Source of the DNA: an uncultured virus (IMG/VR IMGVR_UViG_3300030294_000026)
Taxonomy: Duplodnaviria; Heunggongvirae; Uroviricota; Caudoviricetes
Direction: 5' to 3' (one strand)
Length of the DNA: 64,000 nt
IMG/VR virus record: IMGVR_UViG_3300030294_000026
Location: 1 to 64,000 of that record
Every line of letters begins with the position of its first letter. The stretch's first letter is position 1. Below the pieces are notes generated by a model. That model was given only the letters and a program-made list of their open reading frames with translations. It was not told where the DNA came from and did no database searches. Positions 1 to 10,525 of the stretch are shown here, piece after piece. The translations under genes were made by a program, and so were the position numbers.

Positions 1-754
1 ACTTGACCACGATTATTCAAGCCAACATTAATATAATAGTTCGTGTTTTAAAAATTCATCATTCAAAACTGCATCACCTAATCAGCAACAGCCAACAAGT
101 CAAGAGTAGATAAAAGATTGATTTTAATAGTAGTTATTGATTACTTGGATCAAATTTACTGCTATATTTATTATACTAATCAGTATAGTTTTATTGCACT
201 AAATTGTTATTTAGTTTAATTAATTTGAAAGCGTTGGTATCACTAGGTTTGCAGGTTTTGAAGTGCTAAAAAGTAGATTATTTATGATATTTGATTGGAT
301 ATAATTCATTGCCTAGTAAGTACATAGGTATAGTGGGGGCATGTTTTACATTATTAGTTCAATATCTGAACACAATAGTTGCTCTATCACATCTACAAAC
401 GCATTTTTCAGAAACCCTATCGATTAACCAAAACACGAACATTATCTCCAAACCTCATTCGTCCCATGTTTCGATGTAACTCCCTATCTACCCCATTTCA
501 CTCTAAAATTTACCATCAAAAATACCCTAAAATACCCTCAATTCACACTACTAAAACCTTCAAACCCAGTAACCTCAACACCTAAGACGATTAACACATC
601 ATAACTTCAAATAACTAGTTATCAACTCAATATATAAAACCACTTCAAACCCTTACTATGACTAACCTACAACCAATTATTAATATACATAAAAAGTAGG
701 CACACGACATCAACGCATCGTATACCTATCTTAACTAAATTTATAATCTAATTT

Positions 755-1111
755 TTATAATAACCATTCTTCTAACATTCCTTTTAAAATTATTTCTTTA
801 GTTAATCCTATTTCTTCACACTTCTTATCAAAATCTTCTATAAGTTCTCTATCCAGTCTTACACTTAAAACTTTAGTAGTTATTTTTTGTTTCTTTGTAA
901 ACTCCATACCCTTTTTAGTTTGCTCTTTAACTTTAGCAACATTAACAGTACCCAAATATTCCATAGCTTCATCTTTGGTTTTAAAACTTTTATATACAGA
1001 TGGGTATCCTAAAACTAACTTCTGACATTCAGTCCATGTATTTACTATCTTATCCTTAACACCTTTACCTTCTTTTATTGCATAATATTTCTGTTTAACT
1101 TTTTTAGCCAT
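755..1111 (-). CDS. RNase H1 N-terminal (hybrid-binding/viroplasmin) domain fused to ribbon-helix-helix domain
   Basis: KYYAIKEGK..IVNTWTECQKLVLGYPSVYKSFKTKDEAMEYL, then LSVRLDRELIEDFDKKCEEIGLTKEIILKGMLEEWL; AGGAG RBS. Confidence 0.8.
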   Translation of the reverse strand: MAKKVKQKYYAIKEGKGVKDKIVNTWTECQKLVLGYPSVYKSFKTKDEAMEYLGTVNVAKVKEQTKKGMEFTKKQKITTKVLSVRLDRELIEDFDKKCEEIGLTKEIILKGMLEEWLL

Positions 1112-1703
1112 AATTTCTCCTTTTAATCTATAGAATATATTTTAAGTTTACACTTTATCTAAAAAAATAACAACATCACTCAAAACCACTCTCACATCAA
1201 TTCTCCCACTCTAAAATCCTCCCTAACTAACTATTACCTAAAATCCTTAACACATATCTTACAATCCATCTCTAAGCTTGTCTAAATTCAATAATCATAA
1301 AAACCAATACATAAATAATAATTATCCAAAACAAAAAAGAAACCATTCTAAACTAATAAAAGTTCAAAACAGTTTCTTAATAGTGGTTGATAGGTATTAA
1401 ATTATAAAATATTTGAAAAACAAAAAAAGTAAATGAAACAATATAATCTACACAAGAATATTATAACCCAAACCAACCATATATTTCTACTAAAAAATAA
1501 TACCAGTTTGTAATTATACTAAAAATATCATATCTAAGTCAATCTACCATAGGGAGGGGCTATATTTTAAAATCCAGAATCTAAGTACCTATATATACTA
1601 CCTACCCTATATAAAATCCTATAAATAATCAAACTAAATCAAAACATAAAAAAATAAGACCATACAAAATATGATCTTAATAATATCCCAATAACAAAAC
1701 AAT

Positions 1704-2003
1704 CTATATTCTAGCAATTTCTAAATATTCTTTCATTAATTCCTTAGTATCAACCTCATTATATTGTTGTAAAAGGTCTACAGTAACATCTCCTAATTGA
1801 TTCGCTTCATTCCCAATCAACATTAAAGCTACAACTTGAACTACAAATATCAATTCTAAAGTCACAATACCTAACAAATTTCTATTAGTTATTATATTAA
1901 ATACAGTATTATCTATTCTGCTATGTTCTCTTCTAATTTCTCTTAATGTAATTTCACCTGTTTTATATTTATTGTATTGGTCAATTGTCATTATTGTTTT
2001 CAT
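1704..2003 (-). CDS. Hypothetical membrane protein
   Basis: 99 aa, one hydrophobic segment; N-terminus resembles that of the upstream ORF. Confidence 0.7.
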   Translation of the reverse strand: MKTIMTIDQYNKYKTGEITLREIRREHSRIDNTVFNIITNRNLLGIVTLELIFVVQVVALMLIGNEANQLGDVTVDLLQQYNEVDTKELMKEYLEIARI

Positions 2004-2388
2004 TATCTATTTGCTCCTTATTATTTAATTTCTTATATTCTGATATTTTTGCACATTTGTATCCTATTATATACCAACAAATAATAACCATTAATACAAA
2101 TATACTTTGTCTTGTAATTGTTGGAATTGGTTCTATTAAACTATTAAATCCTGTTGCAATAACTTGTTTTTCTTTTACAGTTTCTCCTACTGGTATTGTA
2201 AGCAAGTTAGTTGTAAAGAATAAAGTTATGGCAAATCTTCTTAACTTTTTATCATTAATAATTTTAGTGGTAAAGGATTCTAAATTATTATCTTTTATTA
2301 TTTGCTCTAGAGATATCTTACCATGTTCCATTTCAAAAAATTGATTTATACTCATGGTTATTTCTTTCATACATTCTCCTTTATACAT
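1981..2388 (-). CDS. Hypothetical membrane protein
   Basis: Two hydrophobic segments; AAGGAG RBS suggests start at the second Met (MKEITMSI). Confidence 0.7.
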   Translation of the reverse strand: MYKGECMKEITMSINQFFEMEHGKISLEQIIKDNNLESFTTKIINDKKLRRFAITLFFTTNLLTIPVGETVKEKQVIATGFNSLIEPIPTITRQSIFVLMVIICWYIIGYKCAKISEYKKLNNKEQIDNENNNDN

Positions 2389-2436
2389 AAAATTGTTTAT
2401 TTAGTTAATACTATATTTAAAGTGAGGTGGTTATAA

Positions 2437-2505
2437 ATGTTTGCATTTACTATAGGTGTAATAACCTGTTATACAGTAGTTGTAGGGATAATAACATTTT
2501 TATAG
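2437..2505 (+). CDS. 22-aa hydrophobic peptide MFAFTIGVITCYTVVVGIITFL
   Basis: GAGGTGG RBS, ATG 2437, TAG 2505; below ORF-track cutoff. Confidence 0.5.
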   Translation: MFAFTIGVITCYTVVVGIITFL

Positions 2506-2600
2506 ATTAATTAATTAATTTGCATATATTATTGGTGTATAGTCAAATGTTATATTTATCTTAAGTCTATTCTTAATTGGATAGGCTTCTTTTTTATATT

Positions 2601-2759
2601 CTAATCCTTTTTATTTAATTCATTTTCCATAGCTAGTTTAAGAACATCCTTAATATATCCTGACTTTGAAGACTTATTATTGAGCCAATTATATAATTCC
2701 ATATCTAAATCATTATTTCTCTTAAATGATACATGAATTACAATAGGTTTATTATCCAA
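2601..2759 (-). CDS. 52-aa ribbon-helix-helix-like DNA-binding protein
   Basis: AAGGAG RBS, TTG start; MDNKPIVIHVSFKRNNDLDMELYNWLNNKSSKSGYIKDVLKLAMENELNKKD. Confidence 0.7.
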   Translation of the reverse strand: MDNKPIVIHVSFKRNNDLDMELYNWLNNKSSKSGYIKDVLKLAMENELNKKD

Positions 2760-2981
2760 TCTCAATCTCCTTTTCTCATTCTTTATATTAGTAATATATG
2801 ACTAAAATTAGCTAAGTGTTACTATTTTTAAATATATTTTAGAAAAAATTGGTAATAAATACAAAATAAAAAAGGACTACCATATAATTAGTAATCCTTA
2901 AATAAATATACTTATAAGTTATTAAATACCATTTAACTTCTCTATATAAAGAGTTATTAAATACCACATATAATTTTATGT

Positions 2982-3245
2982 TTAATTTTCCTTTTTAATA
3001 TTAAACCTAACTAGCTCTATTTTCTTTTTGGTCTTGCTAGTTATAACATACTCTTCATCGTTTATAATACATTTATCATAAATTCCAAACATGTACCATT
3101 TTGTTTCCATCATTAGTTTTAAAATCTCATTTGTATTAAGTTTATTTAATGTATTTATATTTATATTTTTAACTGTAATCTCAACTTCATTATCTAATAT
3201 AAAACTTGTATTAACTACTAATTTATAATCTTCCTCGCCTGCCAT
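2982..3245 (-). CDS. Hypothetical protein
   Basis: 87 aa ORF with GAGGGA RBS. Confidence 0.6.
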   Translation of the reverse strand: MAGEEDYKLVVNTSFILDNEVEITVKNININTLNKLNTNEILKLMMETKWYMFGIYDKCIINDEEYVITSKTKKKIELVRFNIKKEN

Positions 3246-3768
3246 TCCTATCCCTCAAATCAATTACTTTATATATTATATGCTAGTCCTTAAAAATAAT
3301 TTACACTTTTTATTATATTCATGTATAATATCTTATCCATAAGGTAATACTATTACTGTATACAATCCTAAACATAAAACTGAACACAAGTCGCAATTCA
3401 ATTCCTTAAACAACTGTCTTCGCTTTTCGGTCTAATTACTCTTATTTCTCCTCCCCTATTACTTTTATTATCTTATTGAATAAATTCAAGCCCTCTATGA
3501 CTCACTTTAGAGCCTCCAATGGTCAATGAGTCAATGATATAGAATACTACAAATAAAAATACAATTGAAACATACTACTAAAACTGATTATAAATAAGCA
3601 CAAAATAAAAGGACTAGTCTAACTACTAATTAAACGTAATCCTCAAATAGAATATATGTAAGATAAAAGTAAGGAGAAAATAGAAATATAAGCTAGTGCA
3701 AAAATGCAGAAATCAAATATATTATCTATTTCTCACTTACCAAAGTAATAAAGCTAGACCTAAGAAAA

Positions 3769-4356
3769 CTATGCTTCTTTTGGTAAAATCAAATTATTAC
3801 TTATGAATTCAGTTAGGTACTGATAGTCAGCTTTTGTTAATACAGAGCTTTTACTTAGAGTATAGATTTCATGCATATCATTCTTAAATTCAAAACCTTT
3901 ATAAACTTCTATATGAGTACCAAGTCTATAGATCAATTCTGATTTTAGTTGTAATATACATTGTCTATTCATTAGTTTGTTCTTTACACTTGCCTTAAGT
4001 ACATTACTAAACTCCATATAACCATCAGTAGTAACAACCTTTAATTTATGCTTGTCTTCCACTGTATTAGGCTTTTGGATTGACTTTGGCATATTTGTAT
4101 TAGTATCATTACATTTACCTTCAGAATCTAATCCTATAAATTTAAGACCACCTAGAATAAGATTAAATAAGAATACAACTATAATAGGTATCATTGGTAC
4201 TAATAATCCTACTGATAATATTGCAACAGCAATTCTCTCAAAGACTGTATCCATTGCATTGTATAACATTAGAACATTCATTGCTAAGAATCCTAAGATA
4301 CCACTAAATATTAATGATTGTCTAATACTTTTTTTAAACATGCTTTGTTTTTTCAT
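3769..4356 (-). CDS. Hypothetical membrane protein
   Basis: Two N-terminal TM segments, soluble C-terminus; GGAGG RBS, abuts upstream ORF. Confidence 0.75.
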   Translation of the reverse strand: MKKQSMFKKSIRQSLIFSGILGFLAMNVLMLYNAMDTVFERIAVAILSVGLLVPMIPIIVVFLFNLILGGLKFIGLDSEGKCNDTNTNMPKSIQKPNTVEDKHKLKVVTTDGYMEFSNVLKASVKNKLMNRQCILQLKSELIYRLGTHIEVYKGFEFKNDMHEIYTLSKSSVLTKADYQYLTEFISNNLILPKEA

Positions 4357-4901
4357 TTAATTTTCCTCCTTTTGTATTTAAAAATTGCTTTGATTCTTGA
4401 TATTATTGATTTTTCAACTATACAATATTCATCATTTTTAATTACACACTTAATATGATAATCTTCATTTAAAAAATGTTGTAATTTATCATATTGAAGA
4501 TATTCTAATGTTTCTAAATTAATCATATCAAATGAACACCAATCGTCTGTATCTGTAATTATGAATCTAGTGTCATCATCCATTATTAGAATATTACCAG
4601 TACATAAATCTTTGTTTGAATATTCTCTTTGTAAAATCTCATTGGAGTTAAATTTTATAAGATAACCATCATTCTTAATAATTCTTTTTATTTGAAATTT
4701 ACCATTATCTAAGAACTCGTCAACATGTTCATAATATAGAGTAATTAAATTTTCTAAATCCATAGCATAAAAAGAACTTCTAGTTACAGTAATGAAGAAT
4801 TTGCTATCATCATTTAATATAACTATATCTCCTACTTGAATATTTTCTTTATCTTCATTTGTAATTTCTTGATTTTTATTAATATTTAATTTTAAGTTCA
4901 T
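4353..4901 (-). CDS. Hypothetical protein with internal two-fold repeat
   Basis: GDIVILNDDSKFFIT..MDLENL..IKRIIKND vs GNILIMDDDTRFIIT..INLETL..IKCVIKND. Confidence 0.75.
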   Translation of the reverse strand: MNLKLNINKNQEITNEDKENIQVGDIVILNDDSKFFITVTRSSFYAMDLENLITLYYEHVDEFLDNGKFQIKRIIKNDGYLIKFNSNEILQREYSNKDLCTGNILIMDDDTRFIITDTDDWCSFDMINLETLEYLQYDKLQHFLNEDYHIKCVIKNDEYCIVEKSIISRIKAIFKYKRRKIK

Positions 4902-4932
4902 TTACTATCTACTCCTTCGTATTTTTAAATTT

Positions 4933-5061
4933 TTATCTACTATACTTTACACACATCTTATCTAATCTTTCTAATTTTCTCCAGTTAATGGTGTCCTCAC
5001 CTTTGCTATTTTCTTTCATAAAACTTCTGTAATAATAGTTATAAATTAAATCTTTAATCAT
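4933..5061 (-). CDS. 42-aa hypothetical protein
   Basis: AAGGAG RBS; MIKDLIYNYYYRSFMKENSKGEDTINWRKLERLDKMCVKYSR. Confidence 0.55.
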   Translation of the reverse strand: MIKDLIYNYYYRSFMKENSKGEDTINWRKLERLDKMCVKYSR

Positions 5062-5082
5062 ATTTACATTCTCCTTTGTAAT

Positions 5083-5250
5083 TTAAAATAGTTCTATTTC
5101 TTCAGTATCTTCATTGATTTCAAATCCATTATTATCATATAAACCATCTATAAGTGATTCTAAATCAAATGTATTGGAACAAAGACAATTTACATTAGTG
5201 TTATTTATTTCGTTATATCTTTGGATTATTTCATCAAATGTTACTATCAT
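5083..5250 (-). CDS. 55-aa acidic hypothetical protein
   Basis: AAGGAG RBS; MIVTFDEIIQRYNEINN...EEIELF. Confidence 0.55.
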   Translation of the reverse strand: MIVTFDEIIQRYNEINNTNVNCLCSNTFDLESLIDGLYDNNGFEINEDTEEIELF

Positions 5251-5332
5251 TTGTATAATCTCCTTTCTTAATTAATTCATATATTTAATATATGTACTGG
5301 GGCTATAATTAACATTCACCCCACTATATTGC

Positions 5333-5959
5333 TCATGACATTACTATTTTTTGTAATAAATCAGTAAAATTATAATCTAAACCTATAATATCAAAATCTT
5401 CTCTGTCACTTGATTCACATTTTCCGTTGTAGTTTATTATCATAACGTCTGGAAACCAATCATCTATATCGTAATGTTCTTTATACCATGCTTGAACTTC
5501 TTCGCTATCATATATTGAGTTATACTTTTCTCTTGGATTGGTTTTATGATGTTTGTCAAATTCTATTAGATAAGAATTAAATTTAGGTTTTCCATTAATA
5601 TTATTGTGAAATATGATATGTGCATCGCTTCTTCTTTTTGATAGTGACCAAGTTTCTTCTAGCTTAAAATAATTCACTTCAGTTACTATACTGTTTATTT
5701 CTGCATAGAGATTTAATAAATAATAACTATGGTCTGATATTGTATTTTTACTAAATTGATATATTAATTCTTTCCCATATTTGTTTTTATTAGCTACTAT
5801 ATCTTTGTTGTTTGTTAACCTTGTTAATACTCTTCTTGCCATGTCTATTTTACATTTGTCATCTTTATAGAATAAATTAGCACATATTCTAGTGGTTATA
5901 AATCCATATTTTTCTATGAAGTTAAGTATATTTCTTACCTTTTGTGTATATCTAATCAT
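5333..5959 (-). CDS. Replic_Relax-like (replication-relaxation) protein
   Basis: wHTH-like N-terminus, DHSYYL and SDAHI..YLIEFD motifs; directly downstream of FtsK-like ATPase. Confidence 0.65.
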   Translation of the reverse strand: MIRYTQKVRNILNFIEKYGFITTRICANLFYKDDKCKIDMARRVLTRLTNNKDIVANKNKYGKELIYQFSKNTISDHSYYLLNLYAEINSIVTEVNYFKLEETWSLSKRRSDAHIIFHNNINGKPKFNSYLIEFDKHHKTNPREKYNSIYDSEEVQAWYKEHYDIDDWFPDVMIINYNGKCESSDREDFDIIGLDYNFTDLLQKIVMS

Positions 5960-5961
5960 TC

Positions 5962-7647
5962 TTATTTTCTCCTTTCTTGATATTTACTCCATTTTGATTG
6001 TTTTGATTCTCTTGATTTTTTAGTAAAATCTATAGTTTTTTTAACATTTTCTTCTGATTTTTGTTCTTTTTCAGTATTTTCTTGTTGTTTTTCTTGATTT
6101 TCATTAATTAATAGTTCATTTTCTTTTTGAACAATATTCCCTTGATTGTCCAATTCCATAAACTCTTTATCTTTTTCTATTAATGGCTTTAAATAATCAA
6201 TAACCATTTTAGAATCTAAATATAATGTTTTCCCATGATATATTTCATCTGCAACTGCAATAAATTCTCTTTGTTTCTTTTGTCTAATTGCTAATGATGC
6301 CAATTCTCCTTCTCCTAATATAGTTAATGCACTAGCAGTATTGGGAAAATAAAAACAAATTTGATTCCCTAAATTTCCCTTTACATCTCCAGACATATGA
6401 GTAAGTGAACCTCTTTGAGTACAGAGAATACAATAAACTCCACTTGATCTACCTTCTCTAGCAAGCTTCCACATTAAAGCATTACATTTTTCTTTATCTT
6501 TTTTCTCATTATCATTTTCTTCAGCACCATTTACTGCAAAACTTGCGACCTCATCAATACAAAAGTATATAAGTGGTAACTTTATATCATGACAATCATT
6601 ATATTCATAAACATTGGTGATGCTTCCACTATCATCAACTTCATCAAACATTTTATTACGTCTTGAAACTTCTCTGCTTAGATACCTTAATTCTTTTAAA
6701 GCTGATTTAGTATCCTTAGCGTAATATTTGCAGTGTTTTATATTTTTAAACATTCTAAGATCTTGCTTATCACTCAGCATACAAATTGCTAATTGAACTA
6801 AACTTTCGTCATTACTTAATACTAAATTTAATAATCCCATTATCATAGATATAGTTTTTCCAGAACCTGCTGAACCTCCGATAAGAACATTTGGGCTGGT
6901 TTTAAAATTTAATATAATAGCCTTATAAGCATGTGTCATTCCATTATATAACTCCCAAGGTTTAACTTTAATTGGTTCATATTTTTCTTTATCAGGAACT
7001 TTAGTATTCATTATTTCTATACTTGTTTGATTTTTAGTATCATCAAAATGTAGGGAGCAAATTCCAAATATTTTATTTAAATCAACTATATTTTCTTCCA
7101 ATACATCATAACTAAGTCCATTTGGAATAGAAATTTTAAAGTTATAACCTATTAGCACTTTGTTTCCCTTTTTATCTAGTTTAGTGGGATGATATATTTT
7201 TTCAGATTCATCTAACTTGAATGTTTCACCATTACCATTCCTTTTTTTAGAGTCAGCAAATGCACTATACCAATTGAATTTGATTGAGTCTATTTCATTA
7301 ATATCTAATCCTTGCAAATGACATCTCATGTATATACTTGATTTAGTAGAACTATATTCTGCTATTACTTCACCTCTATAAACTACCCCGATTGCAGGTA
7401 ACAACTTTCTAAAATCATTTAAACTTTTTCCGTAAGGCATTACTACTATTACATCAAATCCATAATGTTTTATAAATATATCTTCTAGTACATAGTAGTT
7501 TGCTTTTTTATTAAAATCACTATAAGTTTTATTTGTTGGTACATCTTTACTTAAATCAATACTATTAACTCTTTCCATTAATATTTTCCATTTATTTTTT
7601 ATGTTGTTTTTAACTTGATGCTCTGCAAAATAACTACTTAACTCCAT
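5962..7647 (-). CDS. FtsK/SpoIIIE-family ATPase
   Basis: PNVLIGGSAGSGKT Walker A, FCIDEVA Walker B, LAREGRSSGVYCILCTQR. Confidence 0.9.
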   Translation of the reverse strand: MELSSYFAEHQVKNNIKNKWKILMERVNSIDLSKDVPTNKTYSDFNKKANYYVLEDIFIKHYGFDVIVVMPYGKSLNDFRKLLPAIGVVYRGEVIAEYSSTKSSIYMRCHLQGLDINEIDSIKFNWYSAFADSKKRNGNGETFKLDESEKIYHPTKLDKKGNKVLIGYNFKISIPNGLSYDVLEENIVDLNKIFGICSLHFDDTKNQTSIEIMNTKVPDKEKYEPIKVKPWELYNGMTHAYKAIILNFKTSPNVLIGGSAGSGKTISMIMGLLNLVLSNDESLVQLAICMLSDKQDLRMFKNIKHCKYYAKDTKSALKELRYLSREVSRRNKMFDEVDDSGSITNVYEYNDCHDIKLPLIYFCIDEVASFAVNGAEENDNEKKDKEKCNALMWKLAREGRSSGVYCILCTQRGSLTHMSGDVKGNLGNQICFYFPNTASALTILGEGELASLAIRQKKQREFIAVADEIYHGKTLYLDSKMVIDYLKPLIEKDKEFMELDNQGNIVQKENELLINENQEKQQENTEKEQKSEENVKKTIDFTKKSRESKQSKWSKYQERRK

Positions 7648-7649
7648 TA

Positions 7650-7931
7650 TTATCTGTCCTTTCTTTTATTAATTTTTTCAATTAATTTTGTCAATTCACT
7701 ATCATCGGATAAACCATCATTTTTTAGTGCCTTTAGAAAATGTTTTGTAAGTATAGGTGCAAATCCAACCATTGTGCCCTCTATCAACAACCACCATGGA
7801 GCGACTCCAGTTCCTCCAGCGAATGTAATCATAGTTCCAGCTTTATATAATCCATAAAATTTTGTAGAAAACATAAATGTTTCTGCTCCCAAAATACCCC
7901 AAGCACTGCCATATATAATTTTCTTAATCAT
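7650..7931 (-). CDS. Small membrane protein, first gene of FtsK operon
   Basis: Gly-rich hydrophobic segments; GAGGAG RBS. Confidence 0.7.
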   Translation of the reverse strand: MIKKIIYGSAWGILGAETFMFSTKFYGLYKAGTMITFAGGTGVAPWWLLIEGTMVGFAPILTKHFLKALKNDGLSDDSELTKLIEKINKRKDR

Positions 7932-8010
7932 GTATAACTCTCCTCTTTTTTGTTTATACTATATGTATATTCAGTTATTCTAAAAATGTGCTTAAAGGAG
8001 GTAGTTTTTT

Positions 8011-8577
8011 ATGTATTTAATTTTAGGCATTATATGTGTATTTATAATTGCATGTTGGATTGCTTCTGAGTGGATAATTCGCAGTAATTATAAAGATAGT
8101 CATGATGGTAAAAAATACAGTATAAACAGACAGTTAAAATTGATATCAGATTCTATAAATCAGCTTGACGGATTTGAATTTGAAGAATTTTGTATGTACA
8201 TGTTCAAATTAGGAGGATTAAATGCAAAAGTCACTAAGAAAACTAATGATGGTGGCAAGGATATAATAATTAAAGATAAAGATGGTATCATATATGTTGA
8301 ATGTAAGCATTACGCTGAAGAAAATAAAATTACAGTAAATTTAATTCATAAGTTAATAAGTGCATGTACTGTTGACAATGTAAAGCGTGGAATATTTATT
8401 ACCACTTCGGTTTATACAAGTTCGGCTATTGAGTTAATTAAGAAATGCAAAGCAGTTGATATAGATATATGGTATAAAGACGATGTTCTCGATTACTGTA
8501 GGAATATTGATAGAATAGTGTTATTAGAATGGCTAGGATATGATAGATATGAGGTGATGAAGTATTGTACAATATAA
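8011..8577 (+). CDS. Membrane-anchored Mrr-family restriction endonuclease-like protein
   Basis: N-terminal TM; LDGFEFEEFC, DGGKDII, YVECKHY, GIFITTS. Confidence 0.85.
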   Translation: MYLILGIICVFIIACWIASEWIIRSNYKDSHDGKKYSINRQLKLISDSINQLDGFEFEEFCMYMFKLGGLNAKVTKKTNDGGKDIIIKDKDGIIYVECKHYAEENKITVNLIHKLISACTVDNVKRGIFITTSVYTSSAIELIKKCKAVDIDIWYKDDVLDYCRNIDRIVLLEWLGYDRYEVMKYCTI

Positions 8578-8624
8578 AAATAAAGCCTATTCTATTTAAT
8601 TAATATTTAGAATAGGCTTTATTT
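8578..8624. terminator. Bidirectional intrinsic terminator
   Basis: AAATAAAGCCTATTCTA...TAGAATAGGCTTTATTT between convergent genes. Confidence 0.8.
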
Positions 8625-8634
8625 TTATATAAAA

Positions 8635-9750
8635 CTATTTTCCAAGATTCATATATTTATCTCTTATAGAAGATGATTTCCTTTTTGTACGGTCTATAGT
8701 TGTAGATGTCTTAGATTGAATACTTTTAGTATTATTAACCTTATTCATAATACTAAAATCAATCTCTATATCGTCCTTAATGCTATCCATACTTTGTTTT
8801 TCAACTTCTTTTTTCTTGTCCATTATACTTTTGTATGATGTTTTTAACTCTGTAATAATATTATTATTAAAGCTTGTACCTGCGGAAACGATAATATTTG
8901 TTTCATCATCCCAAACTGAGTCATGTGTAAAAGTAGCATAACCAAATAGATCCCTAATTAATTCTAAATTAATATCCTGCTTATGTTTTTTATTCAAAAT
9001 CATTCCATCTACTTTTGGATTCTTTAATGGTTCTACATATATACTTCTATTAACTGCATCAGATAATCCATTACCAAAATCATCATTGGCAAATTCCAAT
9101 ATTGTTGTAAATCCACTAGTTGTCAGTAAAACTTCTAATTCATTTTCATCTAAATTACCTTCTGCTGTAATATGATCGTAGTTTAATAATCTGGACATAG
9201 TGATTGAAAAATCTCTATTAATATCCATTTTATTCTCTCTTGAATTATTATCAAGTAATTGAATATTAGTAATAAAACCCTTACCATCATTATAAGCATC
9301 TCTTAATTGTTCTAAACTTTGAATTGCATTACCTTGCATTCCTAAGTCTTCATTAGCTCTTGGTAATACGGCTACTACATTAGATATCTTACCTTCTTCT
9401 CCATATATTTCACCAAAAGCTTCTGCAATTATACCACCCATTGTGCCTCCAGTTCCACCTGATAATGTATATACAAAGTAATATATCAATGAATTTGCAT
9501 ATCTTTCATAAATTCTTCTACAAATCTTATCGGCTATATCATCTTGGGTAATTACATTAATGGCATATTGTCTATTTTTAGCCATGCCTTTTAGTCCATC
9601 AATATGATATTTATTTTTATTATCTGTATCAATTGTTAGCAAATCCTCAAGACTTGTATTTACATAGAAAGCGTTACACCCTTCTTTTTCAAGTTCTCTA
9701 ACTATATTTCCTCCACCTTGACCGATTGCAATAAAAACTACGTTTTCCAC
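8635..9750 (-). CDS. tubZ: Tubulin/FtsZ-like partition GTPase TubZ
   Basis: FIAIGQGGGNI and tubulin signature SGGTGG, T7-like NLDENE, basic C-terminal tail. Confidence 0.9.
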   Translation of the reverse strand: MENVVFIAIGQGGGNIVRELEKEGCNAFYVNTSLEDLLTIDTDNKNKYHIDGLKGMAKNRQYAINVITQDDIADKICRRIYERYANSLIYYFVYTLSGGTGGTMGGIIAEAFGEIYGEEGKISNVVAVLPRANEDLGMQGNAIQSLEQLRDAYNDGKGFITNIQLLDNNSRENKMDINRDFSITMSRLLNYDHITAEGNLDENELEVLLTTSGFTTILEFANDDFGNGLSDAVNRSIYVEPLKNPKVDGMILNKKHKQDINLELIRDLFGYATFTHDSVWDDETNIIVSAGTSFNNNIITELKTSYKSIMDKKKEVEKQSMDSIKDDIEIDFSIMNKVNNTKSIQSKTSTTIDRTKRKSSSIRDKYMNLGK

Positions 9751-9752
9751 AA

Positions 9753-10052
9753 TTACTCATTCCTTTCATTCATCATATTTTGAATATCTTGATCTTTTAA
9801 ATTATGTGCTATTTTAAAATTTTCAATTCCATTTTGACTAACATAGTAGGTTTTAAATTGCCCATCTTTAGTACCTTCTAAAATTAAACCAGTCATCAAA
9901 AAATATTTAATAACATTTCGTATCTTAGATGATGATAATTCTGTTAAATTCATCAACTGTATTCTATTTAATGATGCTACTGAGGAAACACAATTATTAG
10001 CAATTAATTCTTCCAATACTCTATAATCTCGTTTATTAAATAATTCAGACAT
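9753..10052 (-). CDS. tubR: Centromere-binding adaptor TubR (winged helix)
   Basis: 99-aa wHTH-like protein (GTKDGQFKTYYVSQNG wing) immediately upstream of tubZ. Confidence 0.75.
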   Translation of the reverse strand: MSELFNKRDYRVLEELIANNCVSSVASLNRIQLMNLTELSSSKIRNVIKYFLMTGLILEGTKDGQFKTYYVSQNGIENFKIAHNLKDQDIQNMMNERNE

Positions 10053-10059
10053 AATATAT

Positions 10060-10510
10060 CACCACCTTATAACATTTAACTAGACAAATAATACCATTAT
10101 ACATATCACTTGTCAATATACTACTATCATCATTTGATACTTTATATAAATAATATACTAACTATGTATTAAAAGTGTTACTACTATCACAAAATTATTT
10201 AATCATACTGTTAATACAATGTACTCATAATGATTAAACAATGCATATATACTGCTTATAAAGTATCAATATAATGCTATTATAGTGATTATACAATGTT
10301 AATATAGTTAGTATATTATATATTAATTATAAGTACGTAATAGCCACATCAACTCAAGTGTACTATAGTTGTAATTGAACTTTTCTAAAGTAAACTATAG
10401 TTATAGTATAAATAACTTAAACTAAAGTCAATTTGAACCATAGAAAATTTAAACTGAATTCTATTGTATACTTGAGTATAGATTTGTTATACTATAACTA
10501 TAGTTTAATT
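10060..10510. promoter_or_regulatory. Putative tubC centromere and divergent tubR/tubY control region
   Basis: Perfect 21-bp inverted repeat 10391-10411/10487-10507, ACTATAGTT x3, TACTACTATCA x2. Confidence 0.55.
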
Positions 10511-10525
10511 TAATGGAGGTTTAAC

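Noticed and set aside
291..585. Short + strand ORFs 291-479 and 379-585
   Set aside because: No RBS; composition is an artefact of the G-free tract
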